Part shown: positions 17,092 through 27,533 of the stretch, one piece after another
Layout of the letters: every line of letters starts with the position of its first letter
Numbering within the stretch: the stretch's first letter is position 1
NCBI GenBank assembly: GCA_030684355.1
Contig: JAUXTN010000246.1
Location: 5,272 to 69,271, forward strand
DNA length: 64,000 nt
Reading direction: 5' to 3'
Source of the DNA: Pseudomonadota bacterium
GTDB lineage: Bacteria; Myxococcota_A; UBA796; SXON01
Position numbers and translations under genes: made by a program
Notes under the pieces: model-generated
The model's database searches: none
Seen by the model: the letters and a program-made list of their open reading frames with translations, nothing else
What the model was told of the DNA's origin: nothing

Positions 17092-19995
17092 TTACGCCGG
17101 TTCGAAGCTATAGAGCGGCGGGTGCCCCTTGCGCGGCTCGTCGCGACGCAGGCGGTAGCGCACATCCCCCACGGGGAACGTCGTTCCGTCGAGGTATCCC
17201 GTGAAGAGCTGGCCGATGATGGTGGCCTGGGCGCGTGCCGCGCGGAGGTTCCCCTTGCCGTCCGAGAGCTTCTCGGCGAGGACGCCGCGGGCCAGAAGGG
17301 TGGCCCACTCGCCTGCCGTCTGCGGGCCTTGCTCGTGATGTGCCGCGCACACGTCAACGAGCAGATCGTAGTCGGGGTCGAATGCGTGCTCGGAGTCGGC
17401 GAAGTTGGTGAGGAAGCCGTCGAAGCCCACACCGCGCAGGATGGCATCCATCGTGGCCGCCCAGCGGCGGTTGGTGCTGTGCGTGGCCGGCTGCTCCGGC
17501 ATCGGCTGACCGGCCCGAAGCCATGCCGCGACCATCCCCGCGAGCTCCGCGACGACGGCGAGCCGGGCGGCGAGGGCGTCACCCACGGGGTCGTCCGTGC
17601 GGTAGCGGTGGCGCCGGACATCGCCATCCACGAGGAGGTTGAGAGGCAGGGCGCGGCGGCGAAGATCCGCCCCCATCTGGGTGAGGTTCATCGTCACGAC
17701 GAACAGCACGTCGTTCAGGGGCCGGGTGATCGCCGTGTTGCTTCCGAGCCGACGAAAGTTCAGCCGGGTGTCGGTGATGCACCGCTCGAGTACGGGGCTC
17801 TCGATGGGACGGGCGGTCTTGGCGTTGTCGATCACCACGATCCGGTCGCCCGCCTCCACACGCGTGGCGAGCTGCTTCTCGAATTCCTCCTCGTTCGGGG
17901 TGAACGAGACGGTGGTGGGCTCGGTGCCCTCGGCGACCACCCCGAGCACTCGCGCAAGGGTGCTCTTCCCGACACCCGGCTTGTTCCCGTTGATGGCGAG
18001 GAAGGGGTGTCCTCGCCCCCAGTGCGGCATGGTCAGGGAGGTGAGGAGCGCGCCGATGAAGTTCACCATGTCGATGGCGTCCTTCCACGGGAAGTCCTGC
18101 ACGACGGCGAGGAGCCGCGTCACGCCGTCCACGGGCACGACCTCGGGCCCGTCGTAGAAGATGCCGCTTGCCGGGTGGAAGCCGGGCCTCCCCACGAAGG
18201 TCCACTGACGGTCGAATAGCGGGGTCCGCGCGTACATGGTGAGCATGGGCAGCTTGGCGGCGACGCGCGGTGAGTGGACGAACGCGCGAGACAGGTCCGA
18301 GGGGAGCACATCGAAGCGCTGGAACGACACGCCCTCGTCGGACGCGGAGAGGAAGCGGATCTCCACCAGCGCGGAGAGGAGCCCGGGCAGGCTGCGCTCG
18401 TCAACGGGGCGGGGCCCGAACCCGCGGCGCACGAACACGATGTCGCGCTCGAAGCGGAAGAAGCGGTTGGCAGGGGCCACCGCGGCCACCAGCGCGTCGA
18501 ACAGCCCGTCGACGGTGTCGCGGTTCTCGATGAAGTCGACGACGGGCAGGCCCGGCCGGGAGGGCGGCGACGCCTGGCTGCGCTGCCTCCGAGCGTCCCG
18601 ACGCGCCTCCACGAGGGCCGCCTCGAACGTCCGGGCGGTCAGACCGGCGATCGTGCGTACCTCCTCCAGCGCCGGCTCACGCGAGAGCGCAGGGAGCGTG
18701 ATCAGCGCTTGGAGCGTCGCGCGCATGGCCGCAGCGCGCGCCTCCGGCCCCGCGGCTGATCCCCAGGCGTCGCGGAAGGTGGCGACCAGGGAATCGATCG
18801 GCGGAGGCCCGGGCACCGGCATTCCTGAGAGCTCAGCGACCCGGGCGGCGGCGGCCCGGAAGTCGGCCGCCTGGCCCCTGCCGATGAGGAAGTCGAACAC
18901 GGAGAGCGACTCCCCCCGGACGAACGAGTGGAACGTGGCACGTTCTGCCTCGCCCGAGCCGTCCGCCACCCCTGCGGACGGATTGCGATCTCCGCTCTCG
19001 GACCAGGGATCGCGGCACTGAAGCCAGCCAGCGCCGGAGGCCTTCCCGGTGAGCAGGCCGCCGTACACGGCGGACAGGGGGAGGCGTTCGAGGGCAGCTC
19101 GCCGCCAATCCGTCCAGGCGGGCGACGGCGGTGTCGCGGGGGTGCTCGGACGTGCCGGCCGCGGCGGGGGCACCGCCGGCGCGGGGGGCACCTCCACATC
19201 GACCTCCGCGACGGCCAGCCGCTCGAACAGGTCCACGTCGTCCGGGATGGTGTCGAGGTCGATTGAGGCAAGTCGATGGGGGTGCTCCGCTGTCGGCGGT
19301 CCCTTCACCGCAACCGTCCCGTAGAGCTTGAGGATGCGCGACGGGTTGAAGGTGGACCGGTCGACCTTGGCGCCAGGCGTGGAGAAGCGGGTGTCGAGCA
19401 GGGCCAGGAGCCGGCGCGAGGCCTGCGCGTACCGCGCAACGTCGTCGCCGAACGCGGGCACCAACGGGACCAGCAGGTGGTAGCCGTTGCCGCTGTCCGC
19501 GAGCATCGGGCGGACGCCGTGCTCGTGGAACCACGCCCCGACCCGTGCCGCGACGGCGAACGCTTCGGCCTTCTCCGCGTCGGTGGCAGAGCGGTCGCGG
19601 GGCCGGCGCTCCGGGTCGATGTCGACGACCAGGAGCGAATAGGCGTGGATGTCTCGGTCCTTCGTGGCGCGGGACACCCGGCGGAGCGGGAGTCCCATCG
19701 GCCGAGCGGCCCCCAGGCCGACCGCCTGCAGGCTGAAGTAGATGCCCGCCTCGCCGCTTCGCGGGTGGTCCCCCTGCGGGACCTCGGCCCGCGGCGTGCC
19801 CGCGGCCGGACGGAGAGCGCCCATCAGGGCGTCCACGTCGCGCGGGCCGACAAAGGCGGACCACACTCCCGATGCCTTGCCCAGGATGCGGATCTCCGTG
19901 GCCCCGCCGAGCGCGGCGTTGCGGTCGAGGATCCATACGAGGAACGCCCGGAGGCAGGGCTCGCCGGCCCCCTCCTGCTTCAGCTCCGGCGGCAT
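17092..19995 (-). CDS. AEP-type primase-polymerase fused to a P-loop (SF3-like) helicase
   Basis: VVDIDP, DSGNGYH, VDRSTFNPSRILKLYGT (AEP motifs I-III); degenerate CHC2-like segment; Walker A GNKPGVGKS, Walker B IVVIDN, motif C TMN. Confidence 0.8.
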   Translation of the reverse strand: MPPELKQEGAGEPCLRAFLVWILDRNAALGGATEIRILGKASGVWSAFVGPRDVDALMGALRPAAGTPRAEVPQGDHPRSGEAGIYFSLQAVGLGAARPMGLPLRRVSRATKDRDIHAYSLLVVDIDPERRPRDRSATDAEKAEAFAVAARVGAWFHEHGVRPMLADSGNGYHLLVPLVPAFGDDVARYAQASRRLLALLDTRFSTPGAKVDRSTFNPSRILKLYGTVAVKGPPTAEHPHRLASIDLDTIPDDVDLFERLAVAEVDVEVPPAPAVPPPRPARPSTPATPPSPAWTDWRRAALERLPLSAVYGGLLTGKASGAGWLQCRDPWSESGDRNPSAGVADGSGEAERATFHSFVRGESLSVFDFLIGRGQAADFRAAAARVAELSGMPVPGPPPIDSLVATFRDAWGSAAGPEARAAAMRATLQALITLPALSREPALEEVRTIAGLTARTFEAALVEARRDARRQRSQASPPSRPGLPVVDFIENRDTVDGLFDALVAAVAPANRFFRFERDIVFVRRGFGPRPVDERSLPGLLSALVEIRFLSASDEGVSFQRFDVLPSDLSRAFVHSPRVAAKLPMLTMYARTPLFDRQWTFVGRPGFHPASGIFYDGPEVVPVDGVTRLLAVVQDFPWKDAIDMVNFIGALLTSLTMPHWGRGHPFLAINGNKPGVGKSTLARVLGVVAEGTEPTTVSFTPNEEEFEKQLATRVEAGDRIVVIDNAKTARPIESPVLERCITDTRLNFRRLGSNTAITRPLNDVLFVVTMNLTQMGADLRRRALPLNLLVDGDVRRHRYRTDDPVGDALAARLAVVAELAGMVAAWLRAGQPMPEQPATHSTNRRWAATMDAILRGVGFDGFLTNFADSEHAFDPDYDLLVDVCAAHHEQGPQTAGEWATLLARGVLAEKLSDGKGNLRAARAQATIIGQLFTGYLDGTTFPVGDVRYRLRRDEPRKGHPPLYSFEPA

Positions 19996-20799
19996 CTACG
20001 ACGCGCTTTCGGGCGGAGTCTCGCGGACCACGGCGACGATCATCCGCGCGCCCTTCTCGTTGTAGGCGAACGAGAGCTGCGGCCCCCCGTCGCGGGCCGC
20101 TCCGACGGCCGCCCGAGAGTAGGCGGGGGCCCCCCGAATCCCGAGCTGCCGGATCGCGAAGGCGACAGCCTCCTCGGACGCCCCCGCGGCGGCGGCGATC
20201 TCCGCCGCCGAGTACCAGCGTTCGTCCGGTTGGGGCTCCGAGAGCGATGTGAACAGGAGCAGTGTGCGAACCGCGCCTCGCACCAGCCCCGACTCCAGGG
20301 CACGCTGGACCAGGTGATCGAACGCGTGCCGTCCGCGCGCTTCTGGCCGGTCGGTACGAGGGACGAGGACGACCAGGACAAGCTCGCTCCCGTCCTTGGC
20401 GGGCGCCGCACGCGGGTGCTGCGCGATGCGCGGGAGCACCCCCTCGTCGAGGACCGAGAGCAGGCGGGCGCCCGCCGGAGTCGGCGTCTTCCCGAGGACC
20501 CGGTGGAGCCCGGCGGACGTGAGGAAGAGTGGGTGAGCCGCGCGCGCCGCGCGAGGGTCGGGTCCGCCGAGCAGCTCGGCGAGCGCCTCCGCCTCGGGGA
20601 TGACGTAGTCCTCGCCTTGCGTGAACTCGCGCTGCCACTCGTTCGTGACCAAGGTGCCCAGGCGGCGGCCGCGGTTCGGGTAGTCGAGGAGCTCTCCCAC
20701 CTGGGTGCATCGCCAGACCGGCTTGCCATCGAGGAGGAAAGTGTCGAGGCGCCGCCCGTCGAGGAGGGAAACGAGAGCGAGGCCAGTGTAGTGATTCAA
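19996..20799 (-). CDS. BRO-N / phage antirepressor-like protein
   Basis: DGKPVW..QVGELLDY, FTQGEDY, FLTSAGLHRVLGKTPTPAG...EGVLPRI; TTG start overlaps upstream stop. Confidence 0.7.
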   Translation of the reverse strand: MNHYTGLALVSLLDGRRLDTFLLDGKPVWRCTQVGELLDYPNRGRRLGTLVTNEWQREFTQGEDYVIPEAEALAELLGGPDPRAARAAHPLFLTSAGLHRVLGKTPTPAGARLLSVLDEGVLPRIAQHPRAAPAKDGSELVLVVLVPRTDRPEARGRHAFDHLVQRALESGLVRGAVRTLLLFTSLSEPQPDERWYSAAEIAAAAGASEEAVAFAIRQLGIRGAPAYSRAAVGAARDGGPQLSFAYNEKGARMIVAVVRETPPESAS

Positions 20800-21083
20800 G
20801 GCATCTCCGGGGGGAACTTCCGGCCGCGGGGCCGGCGCGGGCGCTTCCCGGAGACCATCTCCGGAGGCGCCGCCACTTCCTGCTCCGGTGCCTGAACCTC
20901 CTCGACGGCGCGCGCGTCGGCACGCCACTCGCTGAGGAGCGAGAGCACGTCCGTCACGCTCCGCGTCATGCCGTGCCCCTGATCGAGCGAGAGAGGCTCG
21001 TCGTAGTGGGGCTGGAAGACCTCGATGGCGAGCATCGCGAGGTCGCCAGCGGCGTCGGCGGAAGGCGGTTCAGACCGGAGCAT
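20796..21083 (-). CDS. Small protein of a type found beside serine integrases (candidate RDF)
   Basis: EVFQPHYDEPLS...VTDVLSLLSEW pattern; translationally coupled to BRO-N; function inferred. Confidence 0.5.
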   Translation of the reverse strand: MLRSEPPSADAAGDLAMLAIEVFQPHYDEPLSLDQGHGMTRSVTDVLSLLSEWRADARAVEEVQAPEQEVAAPPEMVSGKRPRRPRGRKFPPEMP

Positions 21084-21162
21084 GGGCGGAAGGTCGCCCG
21101 GCCCGGTTGTTCGTTCACTTGTACGGGAGAGGCCCGCGCCGCGGTGCGCTCACGGACGATCC

Positions 21163-23496
21163 TTAGTTTTCCGGGCGTGGACGCGAACGGCCCTTCAATC
21201 GATCGAGCTCATCGTCGAATCGGAAGCCGCGGGCCCGCAGAGGGGGTCGAAGGCGAATTCCGTTCCTTCCTTGGTTCTCGATGATCGCCTCGGCGGGCGC
21301 CTTGCCGATCTCCCTGCGGAGCCGGAGAAGATGCTGTGCAATCGTGTCGGGGGTCAGGGTGCGGCTCTCGTCGAGGGCGCAGAGGTCCGTGCGCTTCGCG
21401 AATTCGGTCCACCCGTGGCTCTCCCCCCACTCCTGCAGAAGCGCGAAGAGGAGCCTGTACAAAGGCATTTGCGGGCCCAGGATCGTCACGGTCCCCAGGC
21501 GGATGCCTCCGGTGGCGTCGGGCTCCACCCAGAGGGCCTCGTCCGTGTCCGCCGGGGGGGTGGGCTCCTCGTAGGCCCGGAGAATCACCGCCACCCCGTC
21601 GGCGAGGATGTCGGCGAAGCGGATGGAGGGCAGGCCCTGCTCGTCGGTGTGGGGGTCCAGCGCAATCCACCGGCAGCGCGGGGTCCCGGCGGACCGCCAC
21701 TCGGCGCCGGCCACCTCGAGCACCGCGAGCAGGTGCCGGCCGCGAGCGGGAACGCGCTTGCTGAACACACCCGGCTCATCCTCTTCCCACTGGCTGGCCG
21801 TCAGCTCTCCGCGCAGCCACGCCATCGCGGCGAGGACCAGCACCTGTACCCGGACGCGGTGGAGCCACGCGGGCCGGACGCGGTCGAGCGACCACTCGTG
21901 ATCGAAGTCACACACGGCGCGAGCGCCAGGCTCCTGGGCGAACTCGTCCTCGCTGCTCACCGTGCCGAACGGCAAGGTGACCTCCGAGGGGCAGTGGAGA
22001 GAGCCCGGGGGGCGGAAGGCGGCCGGAATACGGGTGTCTCCGCAGCGGAAGACACTCTCATGGCCGACGTGGACCAAGCCACGTTCGACGAGGGCGTTGA
22101 GCTCATCCCGCTGCCACCTGGCCGGCTGGTCGATGCGCCCGGAGAGCAGGATCGCGTAGTGGTCCCCGTCGAGCCGGCGTGGGCTGTTCTCGGCGCCCTG
22201 GTGTCGCCGACGACGGCGAGCGTCCGCCACCTTGGGGTGGATCTCCACACCGAGCTCGTTGAGCATCTTCGCGCGGAAGCGGTCGACCGTGTCCTTGTTG
22301 GTGCTCGTGTCTGCGAGCGAGAGCGCCAGGTCCTTCTCCTCATCGTGGGGCTCCGGAAAGAACAGCGCCATGCGGTAGTGCTCTCCCTCGTCGGCGAAGC
22401 TGATCTTCACGCGGTCGACGTGCCGCGAGTCCCGCGCGAATCCGAAGTGGCGACGCTGCGCCTGGGCGAGCTCCTCGACCCTCCCGCGCCCGGCGCGGTG
22501 GAGGGTGATGAGCGCCGGGTCCGCGTGCCCGGCCGTGGTCCCCACGATCTCGTGCAGCAGGAAGGCGGGGTCGTCGGCGTCGAGGAGCCGCTCGAGGAAG
22601 GCGTCGAGCCGCTCGCGGTTCAGCGGGTCGCGGGCGTGCTTGTACTGGACCTCGGCACCGAAGAGGAGGGTCCCGATCGCCGAGGCCAGCGGCAGGGCGC
22701 GGTCCATGTCGCGGGTGGTGATGTCCACCCTGGCGCCGCGGGCGTGGAAGCGGAGGAAGGTGAGGTCCTCCTTGGACATCGCCCGGGCGCGGTCCTCCTC
22801 GGGATCCCACTGGACCGAAGAGGTGCCGTGCCCGCGGAAGACGAGGAGCGCGTCATCGAGCCAGTCGCGGACGAGGGCCCGTTCGAAACGGAGCCCCTCG
22901 ACCGCGGATGCGGGCAGTCGGGCGTGACGCAGGCCCTCCTCCGCCAGCGTGTCCCAGGACAGCTCCGCGAGCGGCCGAGGGAGGCGTCGCTGGTGCCCCT
23001 GCAGCTTCATCGCCGCGCGTCCGCGTGGCAGCCACGCATCCCAGTAGTAGACGTCGGCGAGGCTCGCTGGCGCGTGCTGGAGAAGCCCGGCGAGCGCCGC
23101 CAGCCGGCGCTGGGCGCCCATCAGGTACGTGGCCCGTAGCGGGTCGGGCAGCGCGCGCCGGCAGGCCGACTCGATCGCTCGGAAGGACTTCTCCTCCGCG
23201 AACCACGCGAGGAGCATCAGGTGGGCGTGCCCGTGTTCGGAGCCCCACGCCTCGAGGAGCGAGCGAGCGACGGCGCGTTCCGTTGATCGGGACCAGAGGC
23301 GGTCGAACTCGGCGCCGACGGCGCCTTGGCGCACGAGACGACCGAGCTCGTTGAAGCGGCCGACGCGGAGCTCGCCGACCCAATAGTCCTCGGCGGGTGG
23401 GGCGAGCGGATTGAACGGCACAAGCACGGACGGGCTCCCCGAACCGGGGATGCGTCTTGGCGGGGAGCCGGACGGCCGCGATTCTGGTTGCCCCAA
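21163..23496 (-). CDS. Large hypothetical protein with C-terminal winged-HTH-like domain
   Basis: 777-aa ORF; C-terminal TPDTIAQHLLRLRREIG...IIENQGRNGIRL resembles an OmpR-type wHTH; start uncertain. Confidence 0.6.
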   Translation of the reverse strand: MGQPESRPSGSPPRRIPGSGSPSVLVPFNPLAPPAEDYWVGELRVGRFNELGRLVRQGAVGAEFDRLWSRSTERAVARSLLEAWGSEHGHAHLMLLAWFAEEKSFRAIESACRRALPDPLRATYLMGAQRRLAALAGLLQHAPASLADVYYWDAWLPRGRAAMKLQGHQRRLPRPLAELSWDTLAEEGLRHARLPASAVEGLRFERALVRDWLDDALLVFRGHGTSSVQWDPEEDRARAMSKEDLTFLRFHARGARVDITTRDMDRALPLASAIGTLLFGAEVQYKHARDPLNRERLDAFLERLLDADDPAFLLHEIVGTTAGHADPALITLHRAGRGRVEELAQAQRRHFGFARDSRHVDRVKISFADEGEHYRMALFFPEPHDEEKDLALSLADTSTNKDTVDRFRAKMLNELGVEIHPKVADARRRRRHQGAENSPRRLDGDHYAILLSGRIDQPARWQRDELNALVERGLVHVGHESVFRCGDTRIPAAFRPPGSLHCPSEVTLPFGTVSSEDEFAQEPGARAVCDFDHEWSLDRVRPAWLHRVRVQVLVLAAMAWLRGELTASQWEEDEPGVFSKRVPARGRHLLAVLEVAGAEWRSAGTPRCRWIALDPHTDEQGLPSIRFADILADGVAVILRAYEEPTPPADTDEALWVEPDATGGIRLGTVTILGPQMPLYRLLFALLQEWGESHGWTEFAKRTDLCALDESRTLTPDTIAQHLLRLRREIGKAPAEAIIENQGRNGIRLRPPLRARGFRFDDELDRLKGRSRPRPEN

Positions 23497-23550
23497 CGCC
23501 GACAGTTGACGTTTATTCGCCGATTCTTCGAGGGCGCGTCGAACGTGCCC

Positions 23551-24360
23551 TCAGTGAGCGTGCCCCCCGTGGTCGTGCCCGCCTGCGGGCGCCGCCTCTC
23601 CGGCCGCTGGATTGAACCCTAGCGAGAAGCTCGTCTCGCCCACCTTTACATCCACCATCACGGGCCGCGTGCCGGCCCCGTCGTGCTTGCCGGAGAGCAC
23701 GCCCGCCGCGGGGTCGAACGTGAGCGGGACCACGGTGTCCCCGTCCTTCAGGGAGCCGGTCACGCCCGTCACCTGCGCACGCTTGGCGTCGGTGACCCAC
23801 ACCCGGTGCTCGCCATCTTTGGGCGCGTACTCGAGGTGGTAGTCCCCCCACATCCCGACCTGACCGCCGTGGAGGGAGGTGTGGTCGTGCTCCTGGAGGC
23901 CCACGGACTTTGTCTCGAAGGACACGCTCTCCGCCTTCCCGCCGAACGTGAGGGTGAGGACCGCGGTGGCTGCGTCCTCCTGCGCGAGCTTCGCCGTGGC
24001 GTGGAGGTGATCCCCCATCGGCGCGAGCGTCACCGTCTCGACGCCGCTGGGGCTCTTCACGACGGCAGTGCCCGCGAAACCCTCCACGGGGAGCGGCTTC
24101 TGGGCGCTGTCGGAGACGTAGAACATGATGCCGCCGGGCATGAAGAGCGCCTCGACGTGGTGCTGGCCCACGGTCTTGACCTCGCCGCCATGGGGGCTTG
24201 CGTGGGCGTGCGCGCCGCTGGCGTGTCCGGAGGCCGCGGGCGCAGCAGGCGCCGCGGGTGCGGGGGGCGCGCTGGGTTGGGCCGGCGCGGCGGGCGCCGG
24301 TGCGGTGGGCTCGGAAGAGCAGGCGGCGACGAGGATGAGGAGCGGGAGCAGGGTGCGCAT
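23551..24360 (-). CDS. His-rich lipoprotein associated with metal RND efflux
   Basis: LVAAC lipobox; two HxHxxxHGG units; C-terminal GHDHGGHAH. Confidence 0.75.
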   Translation of the reverse strand: MRTLLPLLILVAACSSEPTAPAPAAPAQPSAPPAPAAPAAPAASGHASGAHAHASPHGGEVKTVGQHHVEALFMPGGIMFYVSDSAQKPLPVEGFAGTAVVKSPSGVETVTLAPMGDHLHATAKLAQEDAATAVLTLTFGGKAESVSFETKSVGLQEHDHTSLHGGQVGMWGDYHLEYAPKDGEHRVWVTDAKRAQVTGVTGSLKDGDTVVPLTFDPAAGVLSGKHDGAGTRPVMVDVKVGETSFSLGFNPAAGEAAPAGGHDHGGHAH

Positions 24361-24404
24361 GGAGATTTTCCTGGGTGTGAGCTGGGAGGTGGGGGGCGAA
24401 GGAG

Positions 24405-27400
24405 TCACGGAGCCTCGAGCGGATCGACGGTTTCGGAGCTGGCCACCAGCGAACGGAGCGCGTCGCCCCCGAAGCGGAGGAACATGGTGGGAGTCACCAC
24501 CATGTCCAGCAGCGTCGAGGAGAGGAGCCCACCCAGGATCACCTGGGCCACCGGGGTGAGGATCTCCTTCCCCGGCGTGCCGCCTGCGAAGGCGAGCGGG
24601 ATGAGCGCGATGCCAGCGCACAGTGCTGTCATGGCGACCGGGACGAGGCGCTCGAGCGAGCCACGGATGACCATCTCCGGCCCGAAGGATTCGCCCTCGT
24701 GGCGGACGAGGTGGATGTAGTGGGAGATCATCAGGATGGTGTTGCGCGAGGCGATGCCACACAACGTGATGAACCCGACCAGCGTTGCGACCGACAGAGG
24801 CTGGCCCGAGATCCAGATCGCCGCGACCGAGCCAATCAGTGCGAGAGGAATGTTGAGGAGCACCTGGAGCGTCAGCGTGTGCGAGCGGAAGTGTGCGTAG
24901 AGCACCGCGTACATACCGGCGAGCGACAGCAGGGAGAGGAGGCCGATGGTGCGGCTTGCCGACTGCTGGCTTTCGAACTGGCCGCCGATGGTCCAGTAGT
25001 ACCCTGTCGGGAGCGTCAGCCCCGCCAGGGAGGTCTGGATGTCGCCGACGACGCTCCCGACGTCCCGCCCGGCCGTGTTGGCCGAGATGGCGATGCGGCG
25101 CTGGCCGTCCTCATGGACCACCTGGTTGGGCCCGGTTCCCGCGGACACCTCCGCGAGCTGGCCCAACGTGACCGCACGCCCTTCCTCCAGCGATACCGGA
25201 GCGATCCCGATGCGGTCGATGTCCCCGCGCCACTCGGGCGCATATCGCGTCACGAGATCGAGGCTCCGCACGCCGTCGAGCACCTGTGCGACACGTACGC
25301 CGCCGAGCGCGGTCTCGAGGTCCTCCGCGAGGTGCCCCGGCGGTACGCCGAAGCGCTTGGCTGCGTCCCGGTCGATGCGCACCTGCACCTGGGGGATCAG
25401 CACCTGGCGCTCGACCTGGAGATCCACGAGCCCGGGGATGGGCGCGAGCTGCTGCTCGATGCGCGCGGCCTCGCTCCGGAGCGTGGCGAGGTCGGGCCCG
25501 AACACCTTGATGGCGATCTGCGCTCGCACGCCCGAGAGCAAGTGGTCGAGCCGGTGGCCGATCGGCTGGCCGATGTTGATGACCACGCCGGGGAGCCGCG
25601 CGAGCTTCGCGCGGATGTCGGCCAATACCTCCTCGCGCGGGCGGCCCTCCCGCTCGAAGTCGACGTCGATCTCGGTGTAGTGGACCCCCTCGGCGTGCTC
25701 GTCCATCTCCGCGCGCCCCGTGCGGCGGCCGGTGCTCTTGACCTCCGGGACCTCGAGGAGGAGCCGCTCCGCGAGGCTGCCGAGCTTGTCCGACTCGGTG
25801 AGGCTCGTGCCGGGCGTGGCGAGCAGGTTGACCGTCGCCGTGCCCTCGTTGAAGGGTGGCAGGAAGCTCGTACCCAGGAAGGGCACGCTCGCGATCGCCA
25901 GGACGACCGCCGCGGCGACGGCGAACAGGATGGTCTTCGGGCGGGGCAACGCCCAGACGAGCGCCCGACGGTCGAGGCCCTTGAGCTTGCGAACCAACCA
26001 ACCGTCGGCGTGCTCCTTCGCCTGTGTCATCTTCGGGAGCAGGTAGGACGCGAGGACCGGCGTGATGGTCAGGGACACGACCATGGAGGCCAGGATCGAC
26101 GCGATGTAGGCGATCCCGAGCGGCGCGAAGAGCCGGCCCTCGATGCCCGAGAGCGCGAAGAGGGGGATGAAGACCAGGATCACGAGGATCGTCGAGAAGA
26201 CGATGGAGCTCCGGACCTCCACGCTTGCGTCGAGGATGACACGCAACGGAGATCGCGGGTTTGGAAGGATGCGGTTCTCCCGTAGCCGCCGATAGACGTT
26301 CTCCACGTCCACGATCGCGTCGTCTACGAGCTCGCCGATAGCGACGGCGAGGCCGCCGAGCGTCATGGTGTTGATGGTGAGACCGAAGGCCTGCAGGGCG
26401 AGCGCAGCCACGACCATCGAGAGGGGGATCGCCGTGAGGGTGATCGCCGTCGTGCGGACGTTGAGGAGGAACAGGACGAGGATGATGGTGACCAGGATCG
26501 CCCCGTCCCGGAGCGCCTCCTCGACGTTGGCGACGGAGGCCTCGATGAAGTCGGCCTGACGGAAGAGCGGCACCACGTCCACGCCCTGGGGCAGACCGCG
26601 ACGGAGCTCGTCCAGCGCGTGCTCGACCTGCTCGGTCAACACGATCGTGTCGGTGCCCGGCTGCTTCTGCACTGAGAGGATGACCGCCGGCTGGCCGTTC
26701 ACGCCGGCATCACCGCGCATGGTGCCGACGCCCCGGCGCACGTCCGACACGTCCGACAAGGTGATCGGGACGCCGTCCTTCGTGGCCACGACCGTGTCCC
26801 CGATCGCCGCGGGATCGGCCGTGCGGGCGAGGTTGCGGACGACGTACTCCTGGCTCTGCTGCTCCAGGAAGCCGCCCGTCGTGCTGCCCTGCGCGCCGGC
26901 GGCCGCTTCGCGCACATCCCCGAGGGTAAGCCCGCGCTGGGCGAGCCGATCAGGGTGGACCTCTACGTGGAGCTGCTCGACGCCACCGCCAATGGCGATC
27001 ACCTGCGAGATCCCGCCAATCGAGAGGAGGCGCGGGCGGAGCGTCCAGTCGGCGAGCGACCGGAGCTCGGGCCCGGGGACGGTCCCCTCGGGCGACACGA
27101 CGCCGATGAGGAGGATCTCTCCCATGATCGAGCTCACCGGGCCCATCGTCGGCACCACGCCTTCGGGGAGCGACTCGGCGACCTGCGCGGTGCGCTCGGC
27201 CACCTGCTGGCGCGCCCGGTAGATGTCGACGTCCCAATCGAACTCCACCCACACGACTGAGAGCCCGACCGCGGACTGGGAGCGGACTCGCTCGACGCCC
27301 GGGGCGCCGTTCATCGAGGTCTCGATGGGGCGGGTGACGAGAAGCTCGACCTCCTCCGGGGAGAGGCCGCCTGCCTCGGTGAGCAGGGTGACGGTGGGGC

Positions 27401-27530
27401 GATTCAGATCGGGGAACACGTCCACGGGGAGCCGGGTGGCCGTCCACCCGCCCCAGGCGAGCACGACCGCAGCCACGACGAGGACGAAGAGGCGGTTCTG
27501 GAGCGAGAAGCGGATCAGCGCGTTGAACAT
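24405..27530 (-). CDS. CusA/CzcA-family heavy-metal RND permease
   Basis: LPVDVFPD, GELVDDAIVDVEN, FLPPFNEG, GRAEMDEH; 1041 aa. Confidence 0.95.
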   Translation of the reverse strand: MFNALIRFSLQNRLFVLVVAAVVLAWGGWTATRLPVDVFPDLNRPTVTLLTEAGGLSPEEVELLVTRPIETSMNGAPGVERVRSQSAVGLSVVWVEFDWDVDIYRARQQVAERTAQVAESLPEGVVPTMGPVSSIMGEILLIGVVSPEGTVPGPELRSLADWTLRPRLLSIGGISQVIAIGGGVEQLHVEVHPDRLAQRGLTLGDVREAAAGAQGSTTGGFLEQQSQEYVVRNLARTADPAAIGDTVVATKDGVPITLSDVSDVRRGVGTMRGDAGVNGQPAVILSVQKQPGTDTIVLTEQVEHALDELRRGLPQGVDVVPLFRQADFIEASVANVEEALRDGAILVTIILVLFLLNVRTTAITLTAIPLSMVVAALALQAFGLTINTMTLGGLAVAIGELVDDAIVDVENVYRRLRENRILPNPRSPLRVILDASVEVRSSIVFSTILVILVFIPLFALSGIEGRLFAPLGIAYIASILASMVVSLTITPVLASYLLPKMTQAKEHADGWLVRKLKGLDRRALVWALPRPKTILFAVAAAVVLAIASVPFLGTSFLPPFNEGTATVNLLATPGTSLTESDKLGSLAERLLLEVPEVKSTGRRTGRAEMDEHAEGVHYTEIDVDFEREGRPREEVLADIRAKLARLPGVVINIGQPIGHRLDHLLSGVRAQIAIKVFGPDLATLRSEAARIEQQLAPIPGLVDLQVERQVLIPQVQVRIDRDAAKRFGVPPGHLAEDLETALGGVRVAQVLDGVRSLDLVTRYAPEWRGDIDRIGIAPVSLEEGRAVTLGQLAEVSAGTGPNQVVHEDGQRRIAISANTAGRDVGSVVGDIQTSLAGLTLPTGYYWTIGGQFESQQSASRTIGLLSLLSLAGMYAVLYAHFRSHTLTLQVLLNIPLALIGSVAAIWISGQPLSVATLVGFITLCGIASRNTILMISHYIHLVRHEGESFGPEMVIRGSLERLVPVAMTALCAGIALIPLAFAGGTPGKEILTPVAQVILGGLLSSTLLDMVVTPTMFLRFGGDALRSLVASSETVDPLEAP

Positions 27531-27533
27531 TGG

